DNA from: an uncultured Acidobacteriota bacterium
GTDB taxonomy: Bacteria > Acidobacteriota > Thermoanaerobaculia > UBA5066
DNA length: 64,000 nt
Assembly: GCA_963779415.1 (NCBI GenBank)
Contig: CAVZYA010000001.1
Span: 1,472,001-1,536,000 of the forward strand
Direction of reading: 5' to 3'
Numbering within the stretch: position 1 is the stretch's first letter; each line of letters starts with the position of its first letter. The position numbers and the translations under genes are program-made. Below the pieces are notes generated by a model. It saw only the letters and a list, made by a program, of their open reading frames with translations, ran no database searches and was not told where the DNA came from. Positions 38,107-47,236 of the stretch are shown here, in pieces.

Positions 38107-39393
38107 TCATTTGAATTCAATGGCTTCTTTGTCGGTCTTGTGGTCAGGTTGCTGGGCTTCCGGAGCTTTCAGGACCAGCGCCCTCGAGAAGAGGAGGTCC
38201 ACGTCGGTCCGGCCGTCCCGGTCGAAGCCGACGACGTAGAACTTGTTCCCCTGGACGATGTACCGATACTTGTTTCCGGACGGATCGGAAAGATCCCCCG
38301 GCTTGAGGATGTGGGACGAGACGAGGGGCTGGAGCGAGTCCGGAAAGCGGCCCGAGAGGAGACCATACAGGTCGACCCCTTCCGCCACGCGGCGAAGCCG
38401 CAGGAGCGACTCGGTCTTCCGGGCATCGTCGAGGATGGTCGACGGCCGCCGCGGAATCGCGACGAGGTTGAGGGGGTTTTGCGCCTGAAAGTGGAGCGCG
38501 ACCAGGCCGAGAAGAGCGAGGCCGAGACCGACGAAGAGTGTGATGTCGACGGGGCGCCGGGCCGCGGCCGGCGGCGCCGTGGGCGCCGCCGCCTCGCGGC
38601 GCGGCATGCCGATCTCTTCGATCAGACCGCGGCTCACGAGATCGTAGAACGCCTTGCACCCGTCGAACTCGGAGAGGAAGGTGACTTCGTTGATCTCCGC
38701 CACCGTCCGACGCCCGTCCACGAGCTCGTAGACGGCCCATTCCGCGCGGGAGATCCGGATCGGCTCGAGGCGGGATTCCCTCCCCACACGGTCGCCGGAC
38801 CCTTCGGCGTCGTCCACCAGCTCCTCGTCGTCGGCGGGGATCACGGGCTGGGCGACCGGGACGCGCTGGTAGACGAGGTCGAGAGAGCGGACGACCTTCT
38901 CGACGATGGGCCACTCGTCCACCATCCGGGCGCCTTCCATGAGGACCTGCTCGACGCCGAGCGGAGTCGTCGACTCGTGGTCGTAATCCACATGGTCGGT
39001 CTGCTCGAAGACGTAGTCACCGTCCGTCCACCGGAAGAGGCCGTACGCGATCCGGCGGATCTGGATGTCGAGTCCGTCCCGGAGGTCCTGCGCCGTGCAG
39101 AAGCCGTTCTTGAGGAGGATGAAGCCGAGGCGTTGCAGCGTCTGGGACTGGATCTCGAGGGCGCGCTGAAGGTCGTCCGGCGAAAGCCTCCGCGTCTTGA
39201 CGAGCACCGTGCCGAGGCGCGTGTCGAGACGCTGGGCCGACGACTCGGCCGAGACGAGCATTCCGTCGACGAACCCGAGCGTAACCGTGTCGGAAGGGCT
39301 CCGGACGTTCAGGAGCCCGGTCTTGTGCTGCAGCGCGATGAGCTGGAGGATGTCGGCGAGAGAGAAGTCGCTGAGGGTGCCTTCGAGCGCCAT
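38107..39393 (-). CDS. DUF4388 domain membrane protein with C-terminal GspG/pseudopilin-like domain
   Basis: MALEGTLSDFSLADILQLI...KTGLL, RLGTVLV, LFRWTDGDYVF, VLMEGARMVDEW; one TM; Y...GRFPDSL-x-x-LV...DPSGNKYRY. Confidence 0.8.
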   Translation of the reverse strand: MALEGTLSDFSLADILQLIALQHKTGLLNVRSPSDTVTLGFVDGMLVSAESSAQRLDTRLGTVLVKTRRLSPDDLQRALEIQSQTLQRLGFILLKNGFCTAQDLRDGLDIQIRRIAYGLFRWTDGDYVFEQTDHVDYDHESTTPLGVEQVLMEGARMVDEWPIVEKVVRSLDLVYQRVPVAQPVIPADDEELVDDAEGSGDRVGRESRLEPIRISRAEWAVYELVDGRRTVAEINEVTFLSEFDGCKAFYDLVSRGLIEEIGMPRREAAAPTAPPAAARRPVDITLFVGLGLALLGLVALHFQAQNPLNLVAIPRRPSTILDDARKTESLLRLRRVAEGVDLYGLLSGRFPDSLQPLVSSHILKPGDLSDPSGNKYRYIVQGNKFYVVGFDRDGRTDVDLLFSRALVLKAPEAQQPDHKTDKEAIEFK

Positions 39394-39395
39394 CG

Positions 39396-41336
39396 TCAGC
39401 CTCTCCGCGCCGTCGTCTGTCCGAGCGTCCAGCCGGCGGCGGCCACGGCGCCCCAGAACACGAGACCCGGCAGCGACGTCATCAGCCCCGGCCTGGGAAT
39501 GACCGCGAATTGGTGGCGGAAAAAGAGCCCGATGAGCCCCGCGGAAAAGAGCAGGAGCGCGAAGAGGCCGGCGAGAACCCGCGACTCGAGGAACGCGGAG
39601 GTCCCGGGCAGGAAGAAGTTGAGCCCCGAATGGAGCCGGTCCTGGGCGGTCTTGCGGCGCCGCACGTCCTCCAGCTTCTGGAGCTTCGTCTCGATGGCGA
39701 CGCCGTCCTTCTTCAGGTAGACGTGAATGCACTGGGAGCAGAGGAGGCTGCTTTCGCCCGAGGGCTTGCAGAGCCGGCAGAACGTCCGGCCGCACTTCTG
39801 GCACTCGGAAGCGTAGCCGCGCCCGCGCTGCCGCCGTCGGTCGAGCAGGACGGCGGCCACCACGGCGAGGGGAATTCCGGCGAGGATCGGCGCGCTCCAG
39901 CCGACCGCCGGACGATAGGAACGGAAGAGACCCAGGAGGTGCCGTCCCCGCTCGTCCTTCTCGAGGGCCGCCGACTTCCGATGCGCCTCCTCGATCGTAT
40001 AGCCGATCGAGACGACGCGCACGAGCGTCGGGGCTTCCTGATACGACTGGATCATGGCGGCATCGAGCGCCCGCGCCTCGTTCAGCATCTTGACGGCTTC
40101 GACGGTCCGAAACGTCTCCGCATAGAGAAGGGCGAGGTTGTAGCGGGCCGGGACGTTCCGCGGATCGCGCCGCACGGCCTCCTGATAGTCCTCCTGCGCG
40201 GAACCGAGGTCGCCGTCCACGAACCGGATGTTCCCCCGGTTGATGAGAGCCCGGCTCTCGCGCGCCGAGATCTGCGCGGCCGAGGAGTACTCGACGACCG
40301 CCCGTTCGTTCTGCCCGAGCGCCTGGTAGACCCTCCCCAGGAGGAAGCGAAGGTCGGCGTCCTCGGGGAGAAGGGTTCGCGCCTGCTCGAGGCTGTCCAC
40401 GACGCGCTGGTCGTAGCGCGCCTCCTCGAGAGCCTCCGCGCTCCGGACGACCGGCGACGATGCCACGGCCAGCTCGTACGACGTCCGGTCGACGAGCGGG
40501 AGGATCGGCACGGTCAGCGCGAGCGCGGCGATCGCGCCTACGCGCTGCGGCCACGTCGCGTAGCCGAAGACGAGGACGAAGAGATAGAGGAGGAACCAGA
40601 GGACGTCGAGGGAGAGGAGAAGCGGCGCAAGGAGGAGGGCGATGACGAGAATGTCGGTTCCGAATCCCCCCGGGACGACGCGGCTCGCCGTCTCGGCAAG
40701 GTCGTGGACGAGACGCCGCCCGTGGCGGATGTAGAGGATCACGAGAACCGCCGCCGCGGTGGCAAGACCGGAGAATGCGAGGACGAGGATCCCCCGGGCC
40801 GCAAGAACGCGGCGCGACTCGCCGTCCGCGAGAGTCGCGCGGAAGGCCCCGAGGAGTTCCGGCACCACCCCCCGGTACTGCCGCGTCCGGATCGCGAGCG
40901 CGAGGCGCGCCCAGCGCGGCTCCGAGAGGTCCGGGTCGAGGCGGCTCGCGGACTGGAAGGCCTCGCGCGCGAGATCCGTCTTCCCTTCCTCCAGCTGGCG
41001 CCGGCCGAGGATCGTCGCCGCGAGGGCGAGGTCCGTGATCCGCCGGATCTCGATCCGCTGCGAGTACTTCAGGATCTCGTCGACCTTCGCCCGCGCCGTG
41101 ATCGGGTCCCCCTCCTCCTGCGCGGAGAGCCACGCGAACCACTGGCCCCGGATCTGCCGGCGGAAGGTCAGCTCGTTCGACTCACCCGGTCCGACGAGCG
41201 CCTGCGCGACCGCAGGTGCCGCGGCGAGGAGTCCGGCCAGGGCGACCCCAGCCGCGAGCGCCGCACGGCCGAGGCCTCTCTTCCCGCGGCCGCCCCGCGG
41301 CTCGATCCGGGCGGGAACGCCATCGCGTCCTCTCAG
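39396..41336 (-). CDS. Membrane TPR protein with Cys-rich zinc-finger segment; start probably CTG 41336 (or ATG 41323 with a frameshift)
   Basis: Frame stays open upstream of the called GTG 40868 through a signal peptide (LAGLLAAAPAVAQA); TM block, TPRs, CQKCGRTFCRLC...CSQC. Confidence 0.75.
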   Translation of the reverse strand: MRGRDGVPARIEPRGGRGKRGLGRAALAAGVALAGLLAAAPAVAQALVGPGESNELTFRRQIRGQWFAWLSAQEEGDPITARAKVDEILKYSQRIEIRRITDLALAATILGRRQLEEGKTDLAREAFQSASRLDPDLSEPRWARLALAIRTRQYRGVVPELLGAFRATLADGESRRVLAARGILVLAFSGLATAAAVLVILYIRHGRRLVHDLAETASRVVPGGFGTDILVIALLLAPLLLSLDVLWFLLYLFVLVFGYATWPQRVGAIAALALTVPILPLVDRTSYELAVASSPVVRSAEALEEARYDQRVVDSLEQARTLLPEDADLRFLLGRVYQALGQNERAVVEYSSAAQISARESRALINRGNIRFVDGDLGSAQEDYQEAVRRDPRNVPARYNLALLYAETFRTVEAVKMLNEARALDAAMIQSYQEAPTLVRVVSIGYTIEEAHRKSAALEKDERGRHLLGLFRSYRPAVGWSAPILAGIPLAVVAAVLLDRRRQRGRGYASECQKCGRTFCRLCKPSGESSLLCSQCIHVYLKKDGVAIETKLQKLEDVRRRKTAQDRLHSGLNFFLPGTSAFLESRVLAGLFALLLFSAGLIGLFFRHQFAVIPRPGLMTSLPGLVFWGAVAAAGWTLGQTTARRG

Positions 41337-41785
41337 CCTCGCCTCGCGGGGGGCGGAGCCGGCGGACGGCCGGCGGGAGGAGCGGCGAGACGGGCGAAGA
41401 GGAGCTGAAGCTCGCCCAGAAGGTTTTCGAGGGCGTCGCTCTCCTGGAACGAGAGCCGACCGCGCGTCTTGTCGCGCAGGGCGGTCAGCGAGTCGATGAT
41501 CTGCCGCGCCCCCGCGAGGTCGATCTGCCGCCGTCCCGTGGCGGGATCGGGAAAGCCCTCCATGTAGAGCGCCGCCGTCTGACCCAGCATGTCGAGGAGC
41601 CGGAGGAACGCGGGCTGCGTCTCGGGGAGCGGCTCGGCGGGGCGCGCCGTCGCGGCGGGAGCGGTTGCCGGCGGCGGCGCGGCTTCCGGCTCCTCCATCT
41701 CGGCGCGGTATTCCTCCCGGACCTCCCCGTCCGCTGTGAAGAGTCGGCGGTCCACCACTTTGATCGTCTTCTCGCCTTCGGCCAT
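41333..41785 (-). CDS. DUF1844 domain protein
   Basis: IKVVDRRLF N-terminus; DLAGARQIIDSL-x-x-L-x-x-KTRGRLS-x-x-E signature. Confidence 0.82.
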   Translation of the reverse strand: MAEGEKTIKVVDRRLFTADGEVREEYRAEMEEPEAAPPPATAPAATARPAEPLPETQPAFLRLLDMLGQTAALYMEGFPDPATGRRQIDLAGARQIIDSLTALRDKTRGRLSFQESDALENLLGELQLLFARLAAPPAGRPPAPPPARRG

Positions 41786-41834
41786 AGATCCCCTTTAAGG
41801 AGTCATTATTCTACGCAACGAGGAGGGCGAAGGC

Positions 41835-42665
41835 GTGAGCGAAGAGAGACCGCACCCCGGACGCGCCGCAGAGGCCGGCGCCGCCGTATCGGAGCTGGTC
41901 CGCCTGATGGACCGGCTCCGGACGGAGTGCCCGTGGGATCAAAAGCAGACGTTCGGGACCCTCTCGGGCTACCTTCTCGAGGAGTGCTACGAGGCGCTCG
42001 ACGCCCTCTCGCGCGAGGACTGGGACGAAACCGAGGCCGAACTCGGCGACCTCCTCTTCGAGATCGTCTTTCTCGCCCGGCTCGGAAGCGAGACGGGCTC
42101 GTTCGATCTCGCCTCCTCGGCAAGGCGGATCCACGCGAAGATGGTCGCCCGCCACCCGCACGTCTTCGGCGAGGCCGAGGTGCACGACGCAGACGCCGTC
42201 CGGACACAATGGGAGGCGATCAAGGAGAAAGAACGGGAGGCGACGGGAGCTTCCCCCTTTGACGGCGTCCCGAACGCCCTTCCCGCGCTCCTCAAGGCGG
42301 TCCGGATGACCTCGCGTGCGGCCGACCTCGGCTTCGACTGGGAGCGGGATTCCGACGTTCTCGCAAAGCTGGACGAGGAGGTGGCCGAGTTCAAGGCCGA
42401 GCTGACCGCCCCCGGCGGCGAGCGGAAGGAGCGCGTCGAGTCGGAGATCGGAGATCTGCTCTTCACCGTCGTCAACGTCGCCCGCCGGCACGGCGTCGAC
42501 CCCGAGGGCGCCCTCCAGCGGACGAACGAAAGGTTCCGCCGCCGCTTCGAGGAGGTGGTCCGGCGCGTCCGCGCGGCCGGAAAGGATGTCAAGGGGACGC
42601 CCCTCGTCGAGCTGGACGCGCTCTGGGACGAGGTCAAGTCCGCGGAGCGTCCGGGAGATTCCTGA
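41835..42665 (+). CDS. mazG: Nucleoside triphosphate pyrophosphohydrolase MazG
   Basis: CPWDQKQT, EECYE, ELGDLL, RHPHVF, GFDW, EIGDLLF. Confidence 0.95.
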   Translation: MSEERPHPGRAAEAGAAVSELVRLMDRLRTECPWDQKQTFGTLSGYLLEECYEALDALSREDWDETEAELGDLLFEIVFLARLGSETGSFDLASSARRIHAKMVARHPHVFGEAEVHDADAVRTQWEAIKEKEREATGASPFDGVPNALPALLKAVRMTSRAADLGFDWERDSDVLAKLDEEVAEFKAELTAPGGERKERVESEIGDLLFTVVNVARRHGVDPEGALQRTNERFRRRFEEVVRRVRAAGKDVKGTPLVELDALWDEVKSAERPGDS

Positions 42666-42670
42666 CGACG

Positions 42671-43582
42671 TCAGGGAACGAGCTCCGAGACCCGGACGGC
42701 TCTCGGCTCATTCTTCCCTCTCCCCATCGCCTCCAGCTTCGGTCCGAGGTACGCGAGCGTCTCCTTGCGCGGGTGGCCGATCACGATCGCCTGGCCGTTC
42801 TTAGCCGCCACGTCGAGGGCGCCTTTCCACGCCGCGTCGAGCGCTTTCGGGGCGCCCCCCTTCGCGGCGGTCTCGGCAGCTACGTCGTCGAGAAAGACGT
42901 CCCGGGCGAGAAACGGCACGCCGAGCGAGGCGGCCTCCCGGGCGGCGACCGAGGCGTTCGTCGTCCGGGAGTCGAGGAAAAAGAGCCCCCGTTCCTTGAC
43001 GACCGCGAGGACGGCACGCATGACGCGAGGATCGGCCGTCGCCTTCGAGCCCTCGTGGTTGTTGAGGCCGATGGCCCCCGGCACCCTTGCGAGAGCGGCG
43101 AAGATCCGGGCGCGGATGGCCGCGTCATCATCCCGCGTCCCGATCGAGTCCGCCTCCGAAGGCCCCGACTCCGGCTCCATCGGAAGGTGGACGAGGAGGT
43201 CCCATCTCCTTTCTCTCGCGAGAGAGACGGCGCGCTCCGCGTGCGGCGCGCCCGGAATCACGGCCACCGCAAGGGGCACGTTCCAGCGCGCGAGAGTCTC
43301 GAGCGCGCGCTCGTCGTAGCCGAGGTCGTCCAGGACGACGGCCACGACACCTCCGGTGCCCCGCTCCCGCTCCACCGACTCGAAATCCGACGGGACGCCC
43401 GGCGGACGGGGCTCGCTCCGGGGCGCCGCGGGCGCGGCGCGGGACGCCCGCGCCGGGACCGGGCCGGCGCTCTCGCGTCCACGGAAGTAGAAGACGCCCG
43501 CCGCGATCGCTCCGGCCGCGACGAGGAAGAAGGCGGCGCGCCGGACGGCGCCGGTCCGTCCGCGCTTCCGCCCCCTCGTCAC
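42671..43582 (-). CDS. Divergent polysaccharide deacetylase family (YibQ-like)
   Basis: VLDDLG, HLPMEP, NNHEGS, FLDSRT, RDVFLD, IGHP; N-terminal TM. Confidence 0.9.
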   Translation of the reverse strand: MTRGRKRGRTGAVRRAAFFLVAAGAIAAGVFYFRGRESAGPVPARASRAAPAAPRSEPRPPGVPSDFESVERERGTGGVVAVVLDDLGYDERALETLARWNVPLAVAVIPGAPHAERAVSLARERRWDLLVHLPMEPESGPSEADSIGTRDDDAAIRARIFAALARVPGAIGLNNHEGSKATADPRVMRAVLAVVKERGLFFLDSRTTNASVAAREAASLGVPFLARDVFLDDVAAETAAKGGAPKALDAAWKGALDVAAKNGQAIVIGHPRKETLAYLGPKLEAMGRGKNEPRAVRVSELVP

Positions 43583-44874
43583 GCCGCGGCTTTCGGTCGC
43601 GACTCGGAGAGGATCTTGACGGCCCGATCGAGGAACGGATCGGCGGGCATGGTGGGGAGCGTCTCGTCGGGGGGGACGTGATAGACACGGTCGTCCGGGA
43701 TGATCCCCTTGGGCGAGAGCGCGCGTCCGGCGAGCGTCCGTATCTTCCCGACGGAGAGCTTCAGCGACCCGCCGCTCTGAAGCTTCACCGTCTCCTGGAC
43801 GAAGCCCATCCCGACGGTCGGCTCACCGACGAGCCGGACCTGCTTGCCGTTCCACGAGGGCGGCGAGCCGCCTTCGTCAGGGATCTCTTCGTCCTCCTCG
43901 GAATCGGCCTTCGGCTTCGACGTCCCCTTCTTTCCGACGGAGACGTTCATCGACTCCGCCACCGCCGCGGCGAAGAGCTCCGCCGGCCCGGCCGTCCCGC
44001 TGTCGACGATCAGGACGAGGCGGCTCTCGTGCACGCGCTCGCCCGGCTCGGCGCGAAACGCCTTCGTTTCGATCTTCCGCCCCTTCAGCTCGCCGAGCGG
44101 CCCGGCCGGGACGAAGAGCGCCGCCGCGCGGGCGGCCTCCTCGAAGGAACCCCAGGCGTTGTCCCTGAGGTCGAGGACGAGCGGCCGGGTCCTGTCAAGC
44201 GGCGCGAGGATCGTCTTCACCGCGGCCGCCGTTCCCGGGGCGAACGAGGGGATCTTCACCGCGGTCTCGCCGCCCGCGCGGCTCGCCGACGGAGTCGCCG
44301 GGGTCCAGCTTCCCCGGACGATGTCGATGGTGTGGCGCCGGGGTTTTCCCTCGCGGACGACGAGAAGGCGGACGCGCCCACCGGGCTTTCCTTCGAGGAG
44401 CGCTTCCACTTCCCAGAGGGCGAGACCCCTCGCCGGGTGGTCGTCGATCTTCTCGATCAGGTCGTCGCTCATCAGCCCGGCGGCCGCCGCCGGGCTTCCC
44501 GCGATCGGAGCCACCACGACGGGATAGTTCATCCGGCGCGCCAGGACGATCCCGAGCTCCGGAAGCTCCTTCGACCGCAACGCCTGGTAGCTCTTGAAAG
44601 CCGGCATCCGGTCGGGGGGAATGTATTCGGCGAACGGATCCATCGCCTCGGTCATCCCCGAAAAGGCTCCGGAGAGAAGTGCCTTGGTGTCGACCTGCTC
44701 GACGTAGTTGCCACGAACGAGCGAGATGACCTCCGTGAAGAGGCCGAGGGGTCGGTAGAGGCTCTCCCTCCCCGCCTTCTCCTTTTCGTCCGCCCCGATT
44801 CCGGGAAGAACGACGAAGAGCGCGAGAAGGAGCGTGGCGGAAGCGGCGACGCCGAGGAGACGGTTGCGGCTCAC
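43579..44874 (-). CDS. S41/CtpA-like PDZ protein with degenerate catalytic dyad
   Basis: GTG 44874 overlaps the dinB stop; signal anchor, NYVE, DP, PDZ (GSPAAAAGL), LVLDLRDN; GTAGPAE and TVGMG replace the usual SASASE and TFGKG. Confidence 0.82.
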   Translation of the reverse strand: MSRNRLLGVAASATLLLALFVVLPGIGADEKEKAGRESLYRPLGLFTEVISLVRGNYVEQVDTKALLSGAFSGMTEAMDPFAEYIPPDRMPAFKSYQALRSKELPELGIVLARRMNYPVVVAPIAGSPAAAAGLMSDDLIEKIDDHPARGLALWEVEALLEGKPGGRVRLLVVREGKPRRHTIDIVRGSWTPATPSASRAGGETAVKIPSFAPGTAAAVKTILAPLDRTRPLVLDLRDNAWGSFEEAARAAALFVPAGPLGELKGRKIETKAFRAEPGERVHESRLVLIVDSGTAGPAELFAAAVAESMNVSVGKKGTSKPKADSEEDEEIPDEGGSPPSWNGKQVRLVGEPTVGMGFVQETVKLQSGGSLKLSVGKIRTLAGRALSPKGIIPDDRVYHVPPDETLPTMPADPFLDRAVKILSESRPKAAA

Positions 44875-46002
44875 GGGCGGATGATACCCGCCCCGAGGAG
44901 CGGAAGGTCCAGCGGGAGCTGCGGGTCGTCCGCCGCTCTCTCCTCGCGATCGGGGGATTCGAAGCCGTGCACCGAGACGCCCAGAAGGCGGACCGGCCGT
45001 CCCCCGGCCTCGGTCCTCGCGAGAAGCGCGGCGGCGCGCCGTCCGATCTCCGCAGCATCGCGCGTCGCCGGCCGGCGCGTTTCGCTCCGGGTGATCGTCG
45101 CAAAGTCGGCATAGCGGACCTTGAGCGTCACCGTCCGCGCGAAAAGGCTCCGCCGCGAGAGCCACCCGGCGACCTCCACCGCCATCCGCTCGATCTCGCT
45201 CCGCATCAGCCGGCGGTCGACGAGATCGCGCGAGTAGGTCTCCTCCGTGCCGCACGATTTCGCCGCGCGGTCGGGGACGACGGGGCGCTCGTCGATCCCC
45301 TGCGCGAGAGCGACGAGCGTCTCCGCCCAGCTCCCGACCGTCCGGCGGAGGAGCCCCGGGTCCGCCGTCCGGAGGTCGCACGAGCCTCTCGATCCCCGCC
45401 GCGCGGAGCTTCGCCGCCGTGACCGGGCCGACACCCCAGAGCGCATCGACCGGGAGCTTCGCGAGAAACGCCTCGACCTTTTCCGGGGCGATGACGGTCA
45501 GTCCGTCCGGCTTCTTCCAGCCGGAGGCAATCTTCGCGAGGAACTTGTTCGGCGCGACGCCGGCCGAGGCGGTGAGGCGCGTCGCGGCGAGGATCTCCGC
45601 CTTCAGCCTCCGGGCGACGTCCCGGCCGAGCGGCTCATGCCAGGCGTTCTCCGTCACGTCGAGGTACGCCTCGTCGAGGGAGAGGGGCTCGACGAGCGGC
45701 GTGACGGCGCGGAAGAGGTCGAAGACCTGCCGCGAGACGGCACGGTAGCGGGCGAAATCGGGCCTCACGACGACGAGCGAGGGGCAGAGGCGGACGGCCC
45801 GCGCCATCGGGATCGCCGAACGGACGCCGTACTCACGCGCCTCGTAGCTCGCCGCCGCGACGACCCCGCGCCCTTTCGGATCGCCCCCGACGGCCACGGG
45901 CTTTCCCTTCAGCTTCGGGTCGTCGCGCTGCTCCACGGACGCGTAGAACGCGTCCATGTCGACGTGCACGATCCGCCGGACGGGGCGTTCCGCGTCCCCC
46001 AC
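44871..46002 (-). CDS. dinB: DNA polymerase IV, +1 frameshift near 45379
   Basis: HVDMDAFYASVE, AASYEAR, SLDEAYLD, NKFLAKIAS...KPDG; little-finger domain (KSCGTEETY, TLKVRY, VRLLGV) in the adjacent frame. Confidence 0.92.
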
Positions 46003-46026
46003 CCCTTCATTCTGCGACGGCGGCGC

Positions 46027-47236
46027 CTACCGCAGCCAGGCCGCCGGGTCGACGGAGGCGCGGTTGTCGCGGATCTCGAAGTAGAGGCCCGGGATCTCGT
46101 CCTCGGACGACGGCGAGGCGAGGACGCCGACGGCTTCGCCGAGCGAGACGCGCTGGCCGCGCAGGAGCGTCGTCGGCGTGAGCCGCCCGTAGAGGGTGAA
46201 GACGCCGTCGCCGTGGTCGAGGACGACGAGGTTGCCGTATCCCCTCAGCCATTGGGCATAGACGACCTCCCCCGCGAAGATCGCCCGGACGGTCGAATCG
46301 GGAGGCGCGTCGATCGTCCAGCCCGACGAGCGGAGGAAGGTGTTCGGAAAGTTCGGGTTCGCGATCCGGCCGAACGGAGAGCGCGACTTTCCCCTTCGCG
46401 GGCCAGTCGAGCGCCCCGCGGAAATTCCGGATGGAGGCGGCGCCGGGGGGAAGGGTCCGCCCATGACTCTCGAGAAGGTCGAGGAGGGAGGCGAGTCGCT
46501 GCGACTTCTCCTCGAGCGTCGAGACGGCCTCCCGTTCCTCTTCGGAGCTCTTGCGGACCCGGGCAAGGAGAGCGGCCTGCTCCGCCCGCGCCGCCGCCAG
46601 GCCGCGCTCGCGCCGCCGCTCCTCGACGGCGAGGGCGGCGAGCTCGCGCCGCCGCTCCGAGAGCCCGAACTCGAGGGACGTGAGCGACCGGAGTGCTTCC
46701 TCGTAACGCGACAGCAGCGCCGCGTCGTGGCGCACGAGATGCGCGAGGACCTTGATCCCCTCGAGAAGCGCCGGGGCGCTCTCGGCCGCGACGATCGGGC
46801 GCAGGTAGCCGAGCCTTCCGAGGCGGTAGAGCGCCGCCATCCGGGCCGAGAGATCGGACCGGAGCGTCGTGACCGAGGCGGCCGCGGCGGAAAGCTCCGC
46901 TTTCGCCCGCGCGGCGCTCTGTTCGGTCTCGGCCTTTCGCAGCTCCACGACCCGGCGCTCGGCCGTCTGGATCTCGAGATTCAGCTCCGCGGCCGCAAGG
47001 GCCTCCTTCAGGTCCTTCTCCTTCTGCCGTGTCGCGTCGTACCGGCCCTTCAGCTCCGTGAGACGTCGCCGGAGAGCCGCCAGCTCCCGCTTCCGATCCT
47101 CGACCGCGACCGGCTCCTCGGGGCGCGGAGAGGAGGCTTCGGCCGGAAGGGGAACGGGAGCGTCCGGCGGAGGCGCCTGCGCCAGGAGCGTCCCGGCGCC
47201 GGCGAAGAGGAGCGCGGCGGCGAGAGCCCGTCTCAG
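46027..47236 (-). CDS. envC: EnvC-like murein hydrolase activator (coiled coil plus degenerate M23), +1 frameshift near 46378; probable CTG start
   Basis: Signal peptide, long coiled coil, RGALDWP, GEVVYAQWLRGYGNLVVLDHG, LYFEIR...DPAAWL. Confidence 0.8.

Noticed and set aside
43579-46002. 807-aa apparent DinB-CtpA fusion in the ORF track
   Set aside because: Produced by the +1 frameshift near 45379; the DinB C-terminus is in the adjacent frame and the CtpA-like gene has its own GTG and signal anchor at 44874.
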